64,000 bases of DNA, from assembly GCF_009914755.1 (NCBI RefSeq), contig NC_060926.1, one strand, 5' to 3'. Positions 41,486 through 55,805 of this stretch are shown one piece after another. The notes below the pieces were generated by a model. It did not search any database, was not told where the DNA came from, and saw nothing but the letters and a program-made list of their open reading frames with translations. Position 1 is the first letter of the stretch. Each line of letters begins with the position of its first letter. The DNA comes from the human T2T-CHM13v2.0 reference genome, Homo sapiens. The translations under genes and the position numbers were made by a program.

Positions 41486-42471
41486 TGTATTAATTTCCAA
41501 GAGTAGTTGTAGCAAAGTTCCATGAACTGGCTAGTTTAAAATAACAGAAATTTATTCTGCATGTAAGAAAAATCCCCATGTAAGGGCTTCTTTATTTTTC
41601 TCTGTAACAATAAGTCTGGAGATGTAGCTGTTCTATCTTCCACTGGGTGGTTCTGACATACGTGCATATAATGGCTCAAAGGACCTAGGCAACAGAAAGC
41701 TTCAGTATCAGTTCAATCCACCAGCTTAAGCTGAATTTCAGGGCCCAAGTTTCTAAAATTCTCTTGACCTTCCCATCATGGACACAGAATGGCTGCTGAA
41801 AATCAGCCCTCATATCATTATGTAAACTGAAAGAATGATATTGAGCGGGACTATCAAGCACCAGCAGACTTCTGTTTACATCTCATTGGTGAGAATCCCG
41901 CCCTGAGAGCCCTAGCTGCAAAAGAATCTGAGAGAAAACTTAGCTTTTCAGCCTGTATAATAGAAGAAAATAATCAAAAGGAAGTTGCAAATGCATGTTG
42001 AGTAAGCCCACCAAAAATATTTCTCACTTTTCTTATAGAGGTTTAATTTCGGACCTCATTTTAGGATTGTTTCCTCCACCCCCATCATTTTTAGTAGCTG
42101 CAAACCTACAAGAAGGAAGTTGGTAAAAAAAATATGCTTAGCTGAAAACATAGGTCATTTTTTTAATAAAAAAGATGAGTGATGAGGCCAAAATTCACAT
42201 TCCCTACTTTTTGAACTAGAATGCCATTGTGGTTACCTATCCCTGTCTCAACATTGCATATCAACATGTCAGGGGCAGACAATGTCTTCCTTTAGGTCAG
42301 AGGTCTCCAAATCAGAAGTAACCAAGAAGTTATGTCCTCAAAGAATTGTGTCTGTGGAGCCTTCTCTATACCAAGAGCTACTTTAGATGACATTGCCATT
42401 GGATCTTTGGAGTGGGTGAGTGAGTTTTGCAAATCAAAAACAAAGTGAATCACTGTGGACGGAGGGTAGAG

Positions 42472-43486
42472 TATGATAGGCTGCATTTCCCAAAGAGGTC
42501 CACATCAATATTTCTCATCTCTTAAACTCTTTTGCAGTATGACTTACATATCCACTCTTAGAAAGCAAACTCTATGATTCACCCCCTTGAGACTGGACAG
42601 GCCCTGAGATTGCTTTGACCGATAGGATATAGCACATATTATAATGTGTGAAGTGAGTTATACTCCTGTTATGAGTTGTGTCTCCCAAAAGTGATATTCT
42701 AAAGCCTTAATCTCTAGTTCCTCAGAATGTGACCTTATTTGGAAATTAGGCCTTGGTAGATATAATCAGGTTAAAATGGGCTAATTTGGGTGAGCCCTAC
42801 TCCAATATGACTGTGTCCTTAAAAAGAGGAAAAAAGACATAGAGACACACACATAATACAGAGGGAAGACTGTGTGATGATAAAGGATGGGAGTGATGAG
42901 TCTACCAATGCCTACACCTTCCAGAAGCTAGGAAAGTGGAATGGAACAGCACATTTCAGGGAGGATGGCTTTGTCAATACCTTGTTTTATATTTCTGGTC
43001 TCAGAACTTGGAAATAATAAATTATGTCACTTTAAGCCGCCTAGTGTATGGTAGACCCATTTTATAACAGCCCTAGGAAACTAATACAGGCCCTTAGTTG
43101 ACTTGGTAGCTTCTGTGTTCCACCTCTTGGGGTGCTCATTTTGAGGATCCTGACTCAGAACCATACCACTTGCCTTGAGAAATCTAAGCCATATGGAGAG
43201 GCCACATGTAGGCATTGTTATTACATGGTTGGTTAAAAGCCCCAGTCAAGCTCCTTTCTGACTTGATCAGTTGCCAGCCATATGTACGAGCCTTCTTGGA
43301 TGTTGAAAGTGGTTGAGCCTCCAGATAACCACGTTCACCATCTGACTGCAGCTGCATGAGAAATTACAAGTAAGAATTGCCCAGCTAAGCCCATTCAATC
43401 TATAGATCCCTGAGAGATCATAATAAACTGGTATTTAAGCCACTAGGTCTTGGGGTACTTTATTATAAAGCAACAGATAATGAGAA
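42472..43486 (+). mobile_element. Old MLT1 (G/H-like) LTR with a nested younger MLT1
   Basis: ccccttgagactggacagg...ttgctttgacc on the left. On the right, gccatatggagaggccacatgtaggc...catctgactgcagctgcatgaga...tttaagccacta...gcaacagataa. Confidence 0.75.
42667..43088 (+). mobile_element. MLT1B/C-like LTR nested in the older MLT1
   Basis: tgttatgagttgtgtctccc...cctcagaatgtgaccttatttggaaat...ccagaagctagga...cagccctaggaaactaataca. Confidence 0.85.
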
Positions 43487-44740
43487 TTATAAGCTTGGCA
43501 TTAAACCTCCAAAATCTTCCCAACTCTAGCTTTAAATTAAAAGTTGAATATTTAAATATATGGGTACAACTTTTTATTGAGTGAGGCAAATTTCTTTAGA
43601 GTCCATTGGTATGATAAGAAAGAGTGTCTCCTAATTTTTAAACAGAGATAGTTCAGCCAGAATTTTCAACCATTTGAATTTGACATGTTGTTTTGAATAC
43701 TGAAGGTTGAAGAGACACCAGGTCAAATTGATTAAATAATTGCAAAATAAGGCAGTAATAATCACAACTCAATCCTTCAGTATAAAATGTATTGAAACAT
43801 CTATAAAAAGCATCTAGCGTAATTGCACTTGTCACTTGGCTGACCGTCAGCATGTCACTATCTGAGTAAAACAGTTCATTTACATGATCAGACCCACAAC
43901 GTACACTTCTTGTTTGTTTAATAAACAGGTTTTTTCTTTTTACGAGGTTCTTGTTCAGCTATGCCAGCAAATTGCAGCATGTATCACCCTTACCTGCCAG
44001 GTTTTCTCAGTTTAATCTTCCTTTGAACTGAAATTACCATTATCATTTACATTAATCAATATTTACTTATACACCTGTGATGAGTTCTTAGTCCACCAAA
44101 AATACCAGGGCAAGGTGAATCACTGTCTCTTCTTTTAGGGGGAAACAAATTCATCACTAAATACTGGTTTTCAAAATTACAAATCAGAAGGACTCATGAG
44201 AAATGTAATTCTGAATCAAGAGATAATCTCAATTTATACTAAAATTTTATTTCTCACTACTGTTTTTCATAATCTTTTCATTTTAGACACATGGAAGGAA
44301 TTGATCTCCACACCTTATACACCTTATAGCTTTTCAAAGTAATATTGAATGTTTTATACAGTGATTTAACATATCATATGAAAATTGTAGGCTTTTTATA
44401 CATATAATTTTATGTATTAAAAGATATAAATGTCCTTCCAAAGATGCCCTTATTTATCCTAATGCTTCTGAATTATTTTCTCTGCCTTCCAGTATCTGAT
44501 TACCCAGATCACACTCATCTCACCAAATTCTTAGACTACAATTTCAAGAAAGCCTTTTTCCCTTCACTCCACTAAAATGAATCTCACTGTCTCTTTAACA
44601 TCAATTGGTGTTTATCTCCTCCTATTTTGTGGCTTTCCTGAGTTTACCATGAATTTTAATTATTTACTCAGTAATAAAGTTAAAGGTTATAAGTTCTATA
44701 TATTTGGAATCTTAAGGATCTAGTCAACTTAGTATTTCTA

Positions 44741-45297
44741 AAGTCCTCCCTTGGTATCTATGGGGAATTTTTTCCGGGAACCCCAAGAATACCAAAATCA
44801 TTGGAAGCTCAAGTTCCTAATATAAATTGGCATAATATTTGCATGTAACCTAAGTACACTTTCCCATATATGTTAAATCATCTCTAGATTACTTATAATA
44901 CTTAATTCAAAGTAAATTCTATGCAAATAGTAAGTATATCCTATTTTAAAACATTGTTTTGAATTTTTGTATTTTTATTTTTATTGTTTATCTTTTTCAA
45001 TATTATTTATCTGAAGTTGGTGAATTCCTAGATGTGGAGGTCCACATCAATATTTCTCATCCCTTAAACTCTTCTGGGATGTAACCTAAGCACATTTTCC
45101 CATATATGTTAAATCATCTCTAGATTACTTTTAATACCTAATTCAGTGTAAATTCTATGCAAATAGTGAGTATACTCTATTTTAAAACATACTGTTTTTT
45201 AACTTTTGTATTTTTATTGTTTATTTTTTAAAATATTATTTTTCTGAAGTTGCTTGAATTCCTAGATGTGGAACTCACAGATATGGAGGACCAATTT
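44741..45297 (+). mobile_element. MER2/MER2B DNA transposon with internal tandem duplication
   Basis: gtcctcccttggtatctatgggg...ataccaaaatc...aaatcatctctagattact (twice)...gatgtggaactcacagatatggagga. Confidence 0.88.
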
Positions 45298-45894
45298 ATA
45301 TTCAATTTTTGTAATTAAGTAGCTAGCTGACTGACAAGTAGGCAGGTTGCAAGGAATAACTTTCCCTGTGAACAGCATTAAGTCAATAAGCTAGTAACAG
45401 CAAAAACATTGCAAAGTAAACCCAAGTGTTCCTAGGAATATATACTAGCAGATAAAAGAAGTTAGGCAGTGACTAATATAATAATATTTTTTATAATAGC
45501 CTAAAACTGGAAATTCTCCAAATGTTTATCATTGGAGGAAGAACAATTATATATTTATACAATGGAAGAATCTGCAACAACAACTAAAGAATTAACTACT
45601 GATGTATGCAATCACTTGGATGATTCTCAAATCATTTTTAATAAAAAAGCCAGATGCCAGCAAAGTACGTATTGTATGATGATATTTTTATAAAGTTCAA
45701 AAATAGGCAAAAAAAAAATCTGTTGATAGAAAATGGAGCGCTGTCCCTGGGCATGGTGAATTTAATGGAGTAATACTAAGACTTTGAAGGATAAGCTGAC
45801 ATATCCACAGTCACAGTGGAAAACAGTAACATCGGCAGAGAAACAAAAGGCTGTGTATGGAAGATTTATAAATTAAAAAGCAAGTGTGGTTTAA

Positions 45895-46290
45895 TTGATG
45901 TATATAGAGAGTGGAATGATGATTACCATGTGCTGGGAAGGGTAGTGAAGTGGCCGAGGGTGGGGAAGTGGGAATGGTTAATGGATACAAAACTATAAAT
46001 AGAATGAATAAGGTCCAGTACTTGATAGCACAACAGGGTCACTTCAGTTAACAATATTTCATTGTGCATTTAAAAATAACTAAAAGAGTATACATGGATT
46101 GTTTGCAACACAAAGGATAAATGCACTAGATGCCTATATCAAAATATCTCATGTACCCCATATATATTTATACGTACAGAAATTACAAATAAAATAATAA
46201 ATAATAATAAAATAAAATATAAATATAAAAAATATCACTATTTTATGTAAATTTCTGTGTACTCACAGAAATTACAAATAAAATAATAAT
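45895..46290 (+). mobile_element. L1MA/L1PB 3' end with A-rich tail
   Basis: ggttaatggatacaaaa...tagaatgaataaggtccagtacttgatagcacaacaggg...caacacaaaggataaatgc...atctcatgtacccc. Confidence 0.85.
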
Positions 46291-46889
46291 CCTCCAAAGC
46301 AACAAACATTATCATTTTTATCATTCTTTTGATGCTCACATGAAATATTTTAAAAACTGACTTCAAAAATTCCATGTAAGGAATCTCAAAATTTTTAAAT
46401 TAGCTGCATTATCATATATTCAGCATGAAATTATATATACAGAAGAAATTTGCTAAATGCATTGTAAATAATAAGAACCAATATTTTGAAGTTTCATATG
46501 TTCGTGTGTTTGTGTGTAAACATATAAATTGTTAGATAGATTTACTTGGAAAGATCATACCCTCATATAAAATTCTAAAATATTTAGGAATAAATGATGA
46601 GAAAAAATCTATTTATCAAAGTATGAGGGATTTAGAACACTAGAAATTAAAGAAAAATCAGAATAACTGGAGATAACATATCTCATCAAAAGCAAATAGC
46701 TACTCAGTTCTGGAAGATTCTCATCTTGTATGAATGTGGTTCCCATGCTGACAAAGTTTCCAATTTTACTTTTTTAGATTTTCCAGGGAAAAGAACTTTA
46801 TTTGAAATCTTTCAATTGATAAATGTTGGAAATCAACTTTTTAAAAAATATACTACAAGATAAGAAAAAATATGTCTGCAAACAAAATG

Positions 46890-47060
46890 TTCCAAAGCAG
46901 TGATCTTTAAAGTTAAGCGTCTGGTGTATTTCACATCTGTATCACCAGTGAACTTGTGAGGAATGCAGATGCTCAGGCTCTGTCAATACCCCTGCAAATT
47001 CTATGGAATCTCTTTTTAACAAGCTCATTCTTAGACACCGTCAAGTTTGAGAAACACCGT
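46890..47060. mobile_element. MER5A-like hAT element
   Basis: gcagtgatctttaaagt...aatgcagatgctcaggc...ttttaacaagctc...aagtttgagaaacac. Confidence 0.6.
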
Positions 47061-47104
47061 AAAGAACTAGAGGTTTGACTACAATTTCCCATCTTCCCAA
47101 AACA

Positions 47105-47429
<325 letters not shown>

Positions 47430-48912
47430 TAACAATGGGTCTCTTTTTTCACATAGCATCAGATTTGGCATCAGTCAGAAAGACATAGAATTTGTCAGCT
47501 CATTGAAAGGAAATGCTTGGTCTTTTAAGAAAAAAGATATAGTAGAGGATAAAGAATTTAAAAACATTAAAAATGAAAAGATTAAAAGAAAAAGCATATT
47601 ATATGGCCTTTAACTTTTGAAAAGAAAGCAATACATTGATTCACCCCTACCAAGGGACAAAATAAGTTCAGGAGATTGAAGTGTTAAAGGATACTCTTAT
47701 TTAGATAGAAAAAAATGCAAAACATAAGAAAAAAACAAGAAGGTAGGAAGATATGCTGGTGAAGAGCTACCCATGGTAAACGCCCAGTGTAGTTTACTCT
47801 AGAACTATACATGCTCTGATTGAGTTTTATGGTAATACATCTTTCTAAAAGCAAAAACTTTTTTCTTCATCGTAACTACCTGCTATGTTGATTTGTTTTC
47901 TAAAGAAACCCTAAACCCTAACAAGGCAACGAAGAGTCATATAAACCTAATAAAAACCAGACAACTTGATTTTCTATCAAGAGACATTCTAGTGAATAAT
48001 TAAATACAGTTCGATTACTTGCTGAGTTGTTAGCACAATGTTAGCCTTAGGGAAGGAAAGTGTGTTTCATAGTGTGTTGTATGTGTTTGCATTCACAAAT
48101 AGCCAGTGGAATGTTATTAATCAAACATAGAATCTCAATTTCTTGTGTGTAGCAAATCTTCCAAGATCGAGCCACAATAACCATAGCTAAAGTGCAGAGA
48201 CAGTAAATAATAAACACAGTGATATATTTCACCACTTATACTCCTTTAGTAAGATCTAGGAACAAACATAGACGAAAATGAAATCATTTGACTTTTCTCA
48301 TATATTTCCCACCTGATGAATTGAACTTTGAAATTCATCAATGAAACTTTGTTTTTAAGCTTTTAGTCTTCTTCAATGGTCTCATTTTAAGTAATTGAAT
48401 GGAATGACTAATTTATAAATGAGCTTGAACTCACAATCAACTGAGGACAGATAGTGTTTGTGAAAGCAGCTGGAATCAAATATGTTCAAAATAAGGCTCA
48501 CTTTGTGATTGGGTAGATGACTGAGTTTACAGGCATTGCTGATCATTGTTGAGAGGAACAATCCAGAATAACTTCTCAGAACAAGTGGTTGCTTGAGACT
48601 AATAGGTTTGGACTGATTGGAAGAGGAGGAGGTGTGAGAAAACATGCAGATTGATATGACCTGGTGATAAACAAAAGGCAGACATTCACTCTGATTCCCA
48701 GTGGGAAATCTGCTCCTTTTCTCTCTCAACATTTTAAATAATTACAAAATAGCTAGAAGTTTCATGATGGGGGCAGGAGTATTGGTCCCCTTTGTGTTGG
48801 ACGAAGGGTTTTTCCTCAACATTTTCACCATGTTGAAATGCAATACATGTATATTTATATAGAGATATTTCTTTTAGCAGAAGCTTGATCATTAGAAGAG
48901 GCTGCACTATTA

Positions 48913-49226
48913 CAAGTGCTGCTGGACTTACAATGGGGTTATGTTTTCATAGACCCATCATAAGTTAAAAATTCATTTAATACAGCAAACCTACCAAACA
49001 TCATAACTTAGCCTAGCTTACCTTCAAGTGCTCAGCCTACAGTTGGAAAAATCATCTAATACAGAGCCTATTTCATAATAGAGTGTTGAATATCTCATGT
49101 AATGTATTATTAAGTACGGTACTGAAAGTAAAAATCAGAATGGTTATATGGGTCTCTACTGAATGCATATCACTTTCATACCATTGGAAAGCAGAAAAAT
49201 TATAAGTCAAAGTTGGGGACCATCTG
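48913..49226. mobile_element. MER47A-like Tigger-family DNA element
   Basis: ta|caagtgctgctggacttacaatggggtta...atcataacttagcctagc...gttgaatatctcatgtaat...aagttggggaccatctg|ta, with TA TSD. Confidence 0.85.
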
Positions 49227-49384
49227 TATTCCAATTGGATGTTAAATTTTTCTTTCCAACTTAGATGAGAAAACTTAGTCACATGTAAGTATTATAGCAT
49301 AGTAATAAATAAATGTTAGGGAGAGTCAAATGCCACTGCTACACTATACCTTTCTTTCTCTTATGGTTTCTTATACAGTAATTA

Positions 49385-49705
49385 CTATTTTTTTTAACTT
49401 AAAAATAGAGTTTGGGGGTCCAGCTGAGTTTTGGTACATGCATCTATTGTGCAGCAGTGAAGTCTGGGCTTTTGATGTAATCATCACTCAAATAGTATAC
49501 ATTATACCCATTAGGTAAGTTCTCATCTCTCACCCCCTTCCACACTTCCACCTTTGCTAGTCTTCAATGTCTAGTTTTCCATTCTCTATGTCCATGTGTA
49601 CACACTTAGTCAAATGCCATGAGAACATGCAGTATTTGACTTTCAGTTTATGAGTTATTTCACTTAAGATGATAGCCTCCAGTTCTATCCATATTGCTGC
49701 AAGAA
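49385..49705 (-). mobile_element. L1MA/L1PB 3' end fragment
   Basis: gtgaagtctgggctttt...gagaacatgcagtatttgactttc...ttcacttaagatgatagcctccagttctatccatattgctgcaa. Confidence 0.85.
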
Positions 49706-52269
49706 AACAGCACATTAAAATTTAATGAGAGCTGTGATATCTTTCATTATTCTGCTTTAATTTTTCCTAGTTTTGCCCATTTAAAAAGAGAAAAGAAAAT
49801 AAAAAATAATTAGCTAGAAAATTATTCAATTATATGTAACCCACTTAATACTATAATACATACATAATAATACATAATAAACCCAGTATCTACCCACATG
49901 AAAACAATAAAAGGGTGATTTGTGTTGAAAGAGTCAAGAGATGTTATGAATATGGCAAATTGAGTTTGGTTAGACTGGGAAGGTTAGGGTTAGATTTGGA
50001 GAGATCTCATCAGGCTCCATGGGCAGGCTATGTCACTGTATTCAAAAGGCACAGCAAGTCCAAATCTGATTCAGACAGCCAGGGATACCACATGGTGCAA
50101 CATGGCAGCTGGCACATTGAAGCAGTGATGCAACCACATTTGGAAGCCAGACAGAGCTTCTGTCAGAATCAGGAGGGTTTGCTTCTGTGGCAGTACTATG
50201 AGAATTACATCATGGTTGGAAACTGATGAGCATGGGTCATCAAACAATTTAAGTTTCATTGTCTTTTTTAACCTTATGTGGTAGTCTGCAAAGACTCAGT
50301 AGGCAAAATAAAATGGTTGATTTTAAATGCCTAAGTTTGGGATCAGATTATGGCAGGAGGTCATGATGTTCTGGTAGTATTGCACAGGCCAATAAATTAA
50401 CAGAGACAGATTTGGATTATAAGCATTAAAGAAGAAAAAAAAACTAAACCAAGAAGTATAGTTAAATGAGAATGAATTTACAGTTAAGGCAAGAAGAAAG
50501 AGACAGTGTTGTATTTACTCATGGAAAGGGAGGACTAGGTATGCTAGGAACTTCCATTTCTTTAATTTTTAGTTTGTATAGAATCTCAAAATATCTCACG
50601 TTGTCATTGTAAATAATTTGTCATTGTAAAATAGGTGCATTTTCCAGAACAATACTGATTCTATGTGCTCTATTCACTCTTGAATAATTTCAGTCTTATG
50701 CCAATGCTGATAGGCTAAATGTGGACTGTTCTTTTCAAGAAAGTACAAAAACATCTCTCATGTGAGCAATCATTGAATGGAAAACCATTTGCAAGAGTAG
50801 ATATCATCACGCCTGAATTCAAATGAAAGCTCATGTCATCTTTCTTGTTTGTTCTTTCTTCCCTTGAAAACAAGTCATTTTATTTTTAAGCTGTTCTGTG
50901 AACACAAAAATCTGATCAATAATTTATGTTACATTTTCTCTTCTTATGGATATGATGTGTTTGACTAAAATGTGGAGAAATTATTTGAGGAATGTTTTAA
51001 GTTACGAATGCTCAAAAGCAGGTTTTTGAAAACAAGAAGTTGATGGGTGTGGTTCATCTTTGTCTTGTTTTTCTAAAAATTTATCTGACAAAATAAAATA
51101 ATGACTTGATTAAACATTTTAATTTTTGTATTTTTATTTGGATTTTCTTCTAAGGACAAGAATACAAGTGAATTCCTAGGCAGCACAAATATGTTCTCCA
51201 GAGGAGAGAAAAAGATAATGACACTTTCTCAGTGTGATAGGGGCTAGTACTCTGCCATGAACCCCACTCGTTTAGACACATCTACAATCAGTAGTAGGGA
51301 GCACTTGGCTATTGCTCTGCTTCAAAGTAAATGTGACATCTTTTATCTTCTCAAGTTCAAACAGTGCCATTTGTCATTAAGCGAAACACTGTACTGTGAG
51401 GATAGTTTTAGTCTTTTCTCACTCTTAAACCTCCCAGCTAGTAACATGCCCATTTGTCATTAGGAAGAACATTGTACTGAGGATGGCCTAAACGTAAAAG
51501 TTTTTGTTCCTGGAGCAGCACAGCCTCGAAAGTTAATCATAGAGATATGAAAGTTTGAAACAAAATTTTTATTTAAGAATTTGCCTCCACTGAATAGGAG
51601 AACAAAAATGCATCTTAAAACATTCCTACCTATTTCTTTTACTGATAGCTGGGTGAGCCAATGTCCATGCTGCTTGCTGAAGCACTTTAATTATAGCGTA
51701 ATGTACCTACAGTTGGGTTGAATTGTTATAGAGGAAAGGTTAAGAAAGGATTGAAGCAGAAAGTTTTAAAAGTTTTTTAGCTCCAACTGTTCTGCAGAAG
51801 GAATTTGTATATTCAAAGGAATGCAAATAATGAGAGTTAAGGGGCTTGGGAAAAGAGGAAAAGAAGAACATTTTTATCATCACCCTGGGTCTTTTTGGCG
51901 GTAAAACAAACAAAAACATCCTCCTACTGTTGCACAAAGGAAGCATTTTGGAACAAATGGTGCAAAGTATTTGTAGGAGAAGTTATATACCTCCTGAAAT
52001 TCTGCACTCTCATGCATTTGTACAGTATCTGATTAGTAAAACAAAGCTGAGGACAGGAGAAACCTTTCTGTATTCCTGCCCCCACACAACTAAAGAACAT
52101 AAATACTTCCAGATGTAAGGTGATAACCAAATAAAGACTGATGTTTCCTACTAGAGAATTATGTTAGAAATTTTAACGGGCATGCATCTTCAAAAGAGTT
52201 CCTTAGTTCAATGGTTCTCAAGCCTTAGCATGCATCAAAATCACTTAAAGAGATTGTGAAAACACAGAT

Positions 52270-52485
52270 CAGAAATCTGGGAGAAGCAAGCTGCCATGTT
52301 GTAAGCATCCCTACAGAGAGACCCAAGCCTGACTGTACCCTTTTAGAGACCTTGGGCCAGAACCAGCCAGCTAAGTCACTTTCAGATTCCTGATTCCTGA
52401 CCCTCGGAAACTGTGTGAAGTAATAAGTGTGTGTTAAGATGCTAGGTTTTGGTACTCATTGTTATACCAAATAGATAACTAATAA
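52270..52485 (+). mobile_element. MLT1 (F-like) LTR 3' portion, preceded by a MER5-like fragment
   Basis: gaagcaagctgccatgttgtaagc...ccagctaag...gattcctgaccctcggaaactgtg...atagataactaata. Confidence 0.7.
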
Positions 52486-54118
52486 AATAGTACAGAACAC
52501 TGTACATAAAACTCCAAACTTTTTGTAGACAAAGGCTTGGAATAAGCTTCAATTAAAACCTCAACTCTGATATATGGAATAAGTAGAAAGGTGACCACTA
52601 TGAAGTACCTTTTCATGAGTCATAATGGTAGGTGGACTGGTCTAGGAAAAAAAAAAAAGGATCAATGACTCATCCAGAACAAATTGGCAAGAAGAGAAGT
52701 TTCAAATGAGATCAGGACAAAGCTGTTCCAGGTTCATTTATTTCAAAAAAAGATTTCATAAATACATAAGATCTGAAATTCATGGCATGTATAGTTTTAA
52801 TTTATAATTTAAATACACATTTAAATGTATACATTAATCTAATTTACAAAACTTGCTTACATATATGTGTCAAATTCAAAATAATTGTTTTATAAACCTG
52901 CATGTACAACTTTGTAGAGGTTGACTTCTCTATTAAGTATACGGCTATCTCTATGAATTATCAAATAATAATATCAATAAGCAAGGATGGCAAATATGTT
53001 TCAAGTTATAAACCAACTCTCAGGATTTCACAGAAATTCAACAGATCACTGTATTAAGAACTCTGACCCCATAATCAGACTAAATGAGGAAAATGTGATC
53101 ATTTGCAGATGTCTGTCTTGGGTATAGTGTTGGTAGTTATTGACATCTCATCAGAGAAATCAAGGCAATAATAAAAAATAGAATCTTGTTTCCCAGAACA
53201 GATGAAACAGATAAGAAGCACCTGTAGGTTTGGTTACTTATTTGCTTTGGGTAAGGCAAATTCAATGAAACTCAGCTTACATCAATTCAATTTCACAGAA
53301 ACATGTGCCATGCAATAAAATGACCCTTTAGTAAAATGAGGAATAGGGCATTCACTTTGAGATCTTGAATATATTTTTCACAGATGTAAATACATATCTA
53401 TATAAAAGGTTTTCTCCTTTTGTACTACCACAACACACTAACTTAGAAATAAGTTATGCACAATATGCACTCAAAAACAGTAACAGTGAAGCCAAATGTC
53501 TTCTTCTCTGACATGATCATTATCATCAGTTTGCTCCAGCCACTTCAAATATTAAATCTACAGTTAACACACAGACTGGTGTTAAAAAGGCAGAGTGATG
53601 TATGGATCCAGTGATTCCTGTTATACAGTCAACTCTAAAATATCACCTGTTTTCACTCAGGAATTCATATCAACCTTGGTCTCCATAATTCAGTTTAAGA
53701 ACAAATGATATCTACTATCTTTTACTATACTTACACCTAACAAATGTTTTAGCTGATTTTTTCTCATCACAGAATTCATATGGTTTTCACTGCAATGTCA
53801 GTCTTATTTCATTTTCTTTGTATGAAAAAAATACACTATACAACCCTTGAATCATGCTATCTGTAAATATGATATGAATCAATGACTATGATTTTCTAAT
53901 AATAAAATGTGAAATATTGTAAAGCACCTTGAGATTTCCTTTTTACCAGAATAGGGAAGTAAACCAGTGGATGTTATAGTGCATAAAAGTTTTATGGAAA
54001 GAACACAGATAAGTTGTAACCTTTGAGGTCTGTACATTCTGGAGCACAAGTAGGAGTTTGAAATATCTGGGTTCTAGATTCAAAAATTAACTTTTCAGAA
54101 GTGCTAACCTAAATTATA

Positions 54119-54579
54119 TATATTAGTTTTTCTAGCCCTTTCGTAACAATATAACACAAATGAAGTGGCAAAAACAGCATAAAGTTGTTATCTCACAGGA
54201 TGCCAGAGATCTGAAATTAAAATGAGAACATGATTGGTTCCTTCTCAGGACTGTCAGAGAGAGTCTGTTCCACGTCTCTTTTCCTAGCTTCTGGTGGGTT
54301 GATAATTGTTGGCATTTCTTGATTTGTGGAATCATCCATCCCTCAACGTCTGCCTTCATCTTCACATGGTATTTTCCCTGTGTGTGTTTGTCTGTACTCA
54401 AATTTCCTCTTTTTATAAGGACACCAGTCATATTGGAATACAGCCTATCCTGATGACCTAATTTAAAATAATTATATCTGCAATGATCCTATATCTAAAT
54501 CAAGTCACATTCTGAAGTACTGATAGTTAGGACTTCAACATATAAATTTGGGGGGAGAGGTGGGCACAATCAACTCACA
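54119..54579 (-). mobile_element. MLT1B/C-like LTR
   Basis: tctgccttcatcttcacatgg...tttataaggacaccagtcatattgga...gtcacattctgaagtactg...ttaggacttcaacatataaatttggggg. Confidence 0.88.
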
Positions 54580-55423
54580 GTGTCACGTGCATTAAGAAAT
54601 ACTGTTGTGGTCATCTTTAAAAAGTACAATCTGGCAAGAAGATTTTATTTGGTCCAAGTGAGGTATAAAACAAAGCCATAGCCATGGATTATATACTAAA
54701 TTGTATGTGTTAGTCCGCATGTTATATTAAGTGTCATATACTTAATAAGCTCTGTGTTAGGGGTTATTAGAGTATCAGAATATTGAAATGAATCAAGAAT
54801 AATGTATATTTTCCTTGCCCTCATAAAATGCCCAAGCCAATGAAACATAAAACATGACTGTAAACATTTGTAAAGGATTTTCTTTCATGCTAAAAGGCTG
54901 TACACATTCAGCAACTGGGCTCAGAGATCAGTCAGTTCACAAAGGAGGTGGGCCCTTGACTGGGTCTTGAGGAAGAGGAACCAGTTCAATTCATGGAAGA
55001 GTTCTAGTATAAAACAAAAGCAAATAAAGCAAAATTGTTTCTCTGAAGGGACATAAAAGATAAGATAGCTATGCAAATGGGCATATAAAAGAAGATATAA
55101 AATCTCGGGAAGAATAGAGAAAGATCTTTGAAGATGTTAGCATTTGAGATTAACTGGGAAAATGCAGAAGATTTGATATATAGAAAAGGAAGATAGAAGT
55201 TTATGATTTTCTGAATAAGGCATATTACAGAAATATTCATGTAGTCTAATGTAGCAAGAGTATATATTTAGTAAAAGGTGAAAAATAAGAATAAAAAAAT
55301 AAATAGAGTCACAAAGTAATGAGCCTTATACTTTTCCAAAGAGAATGTATACTCTGGATAGCCAGTTTGTACGTATGAGGAAGATGGTGAAATGACTGGA
55401 CACGAGCATTAAGAAGTTATCTC

Positions 55424-55805
<382 letters not shown>

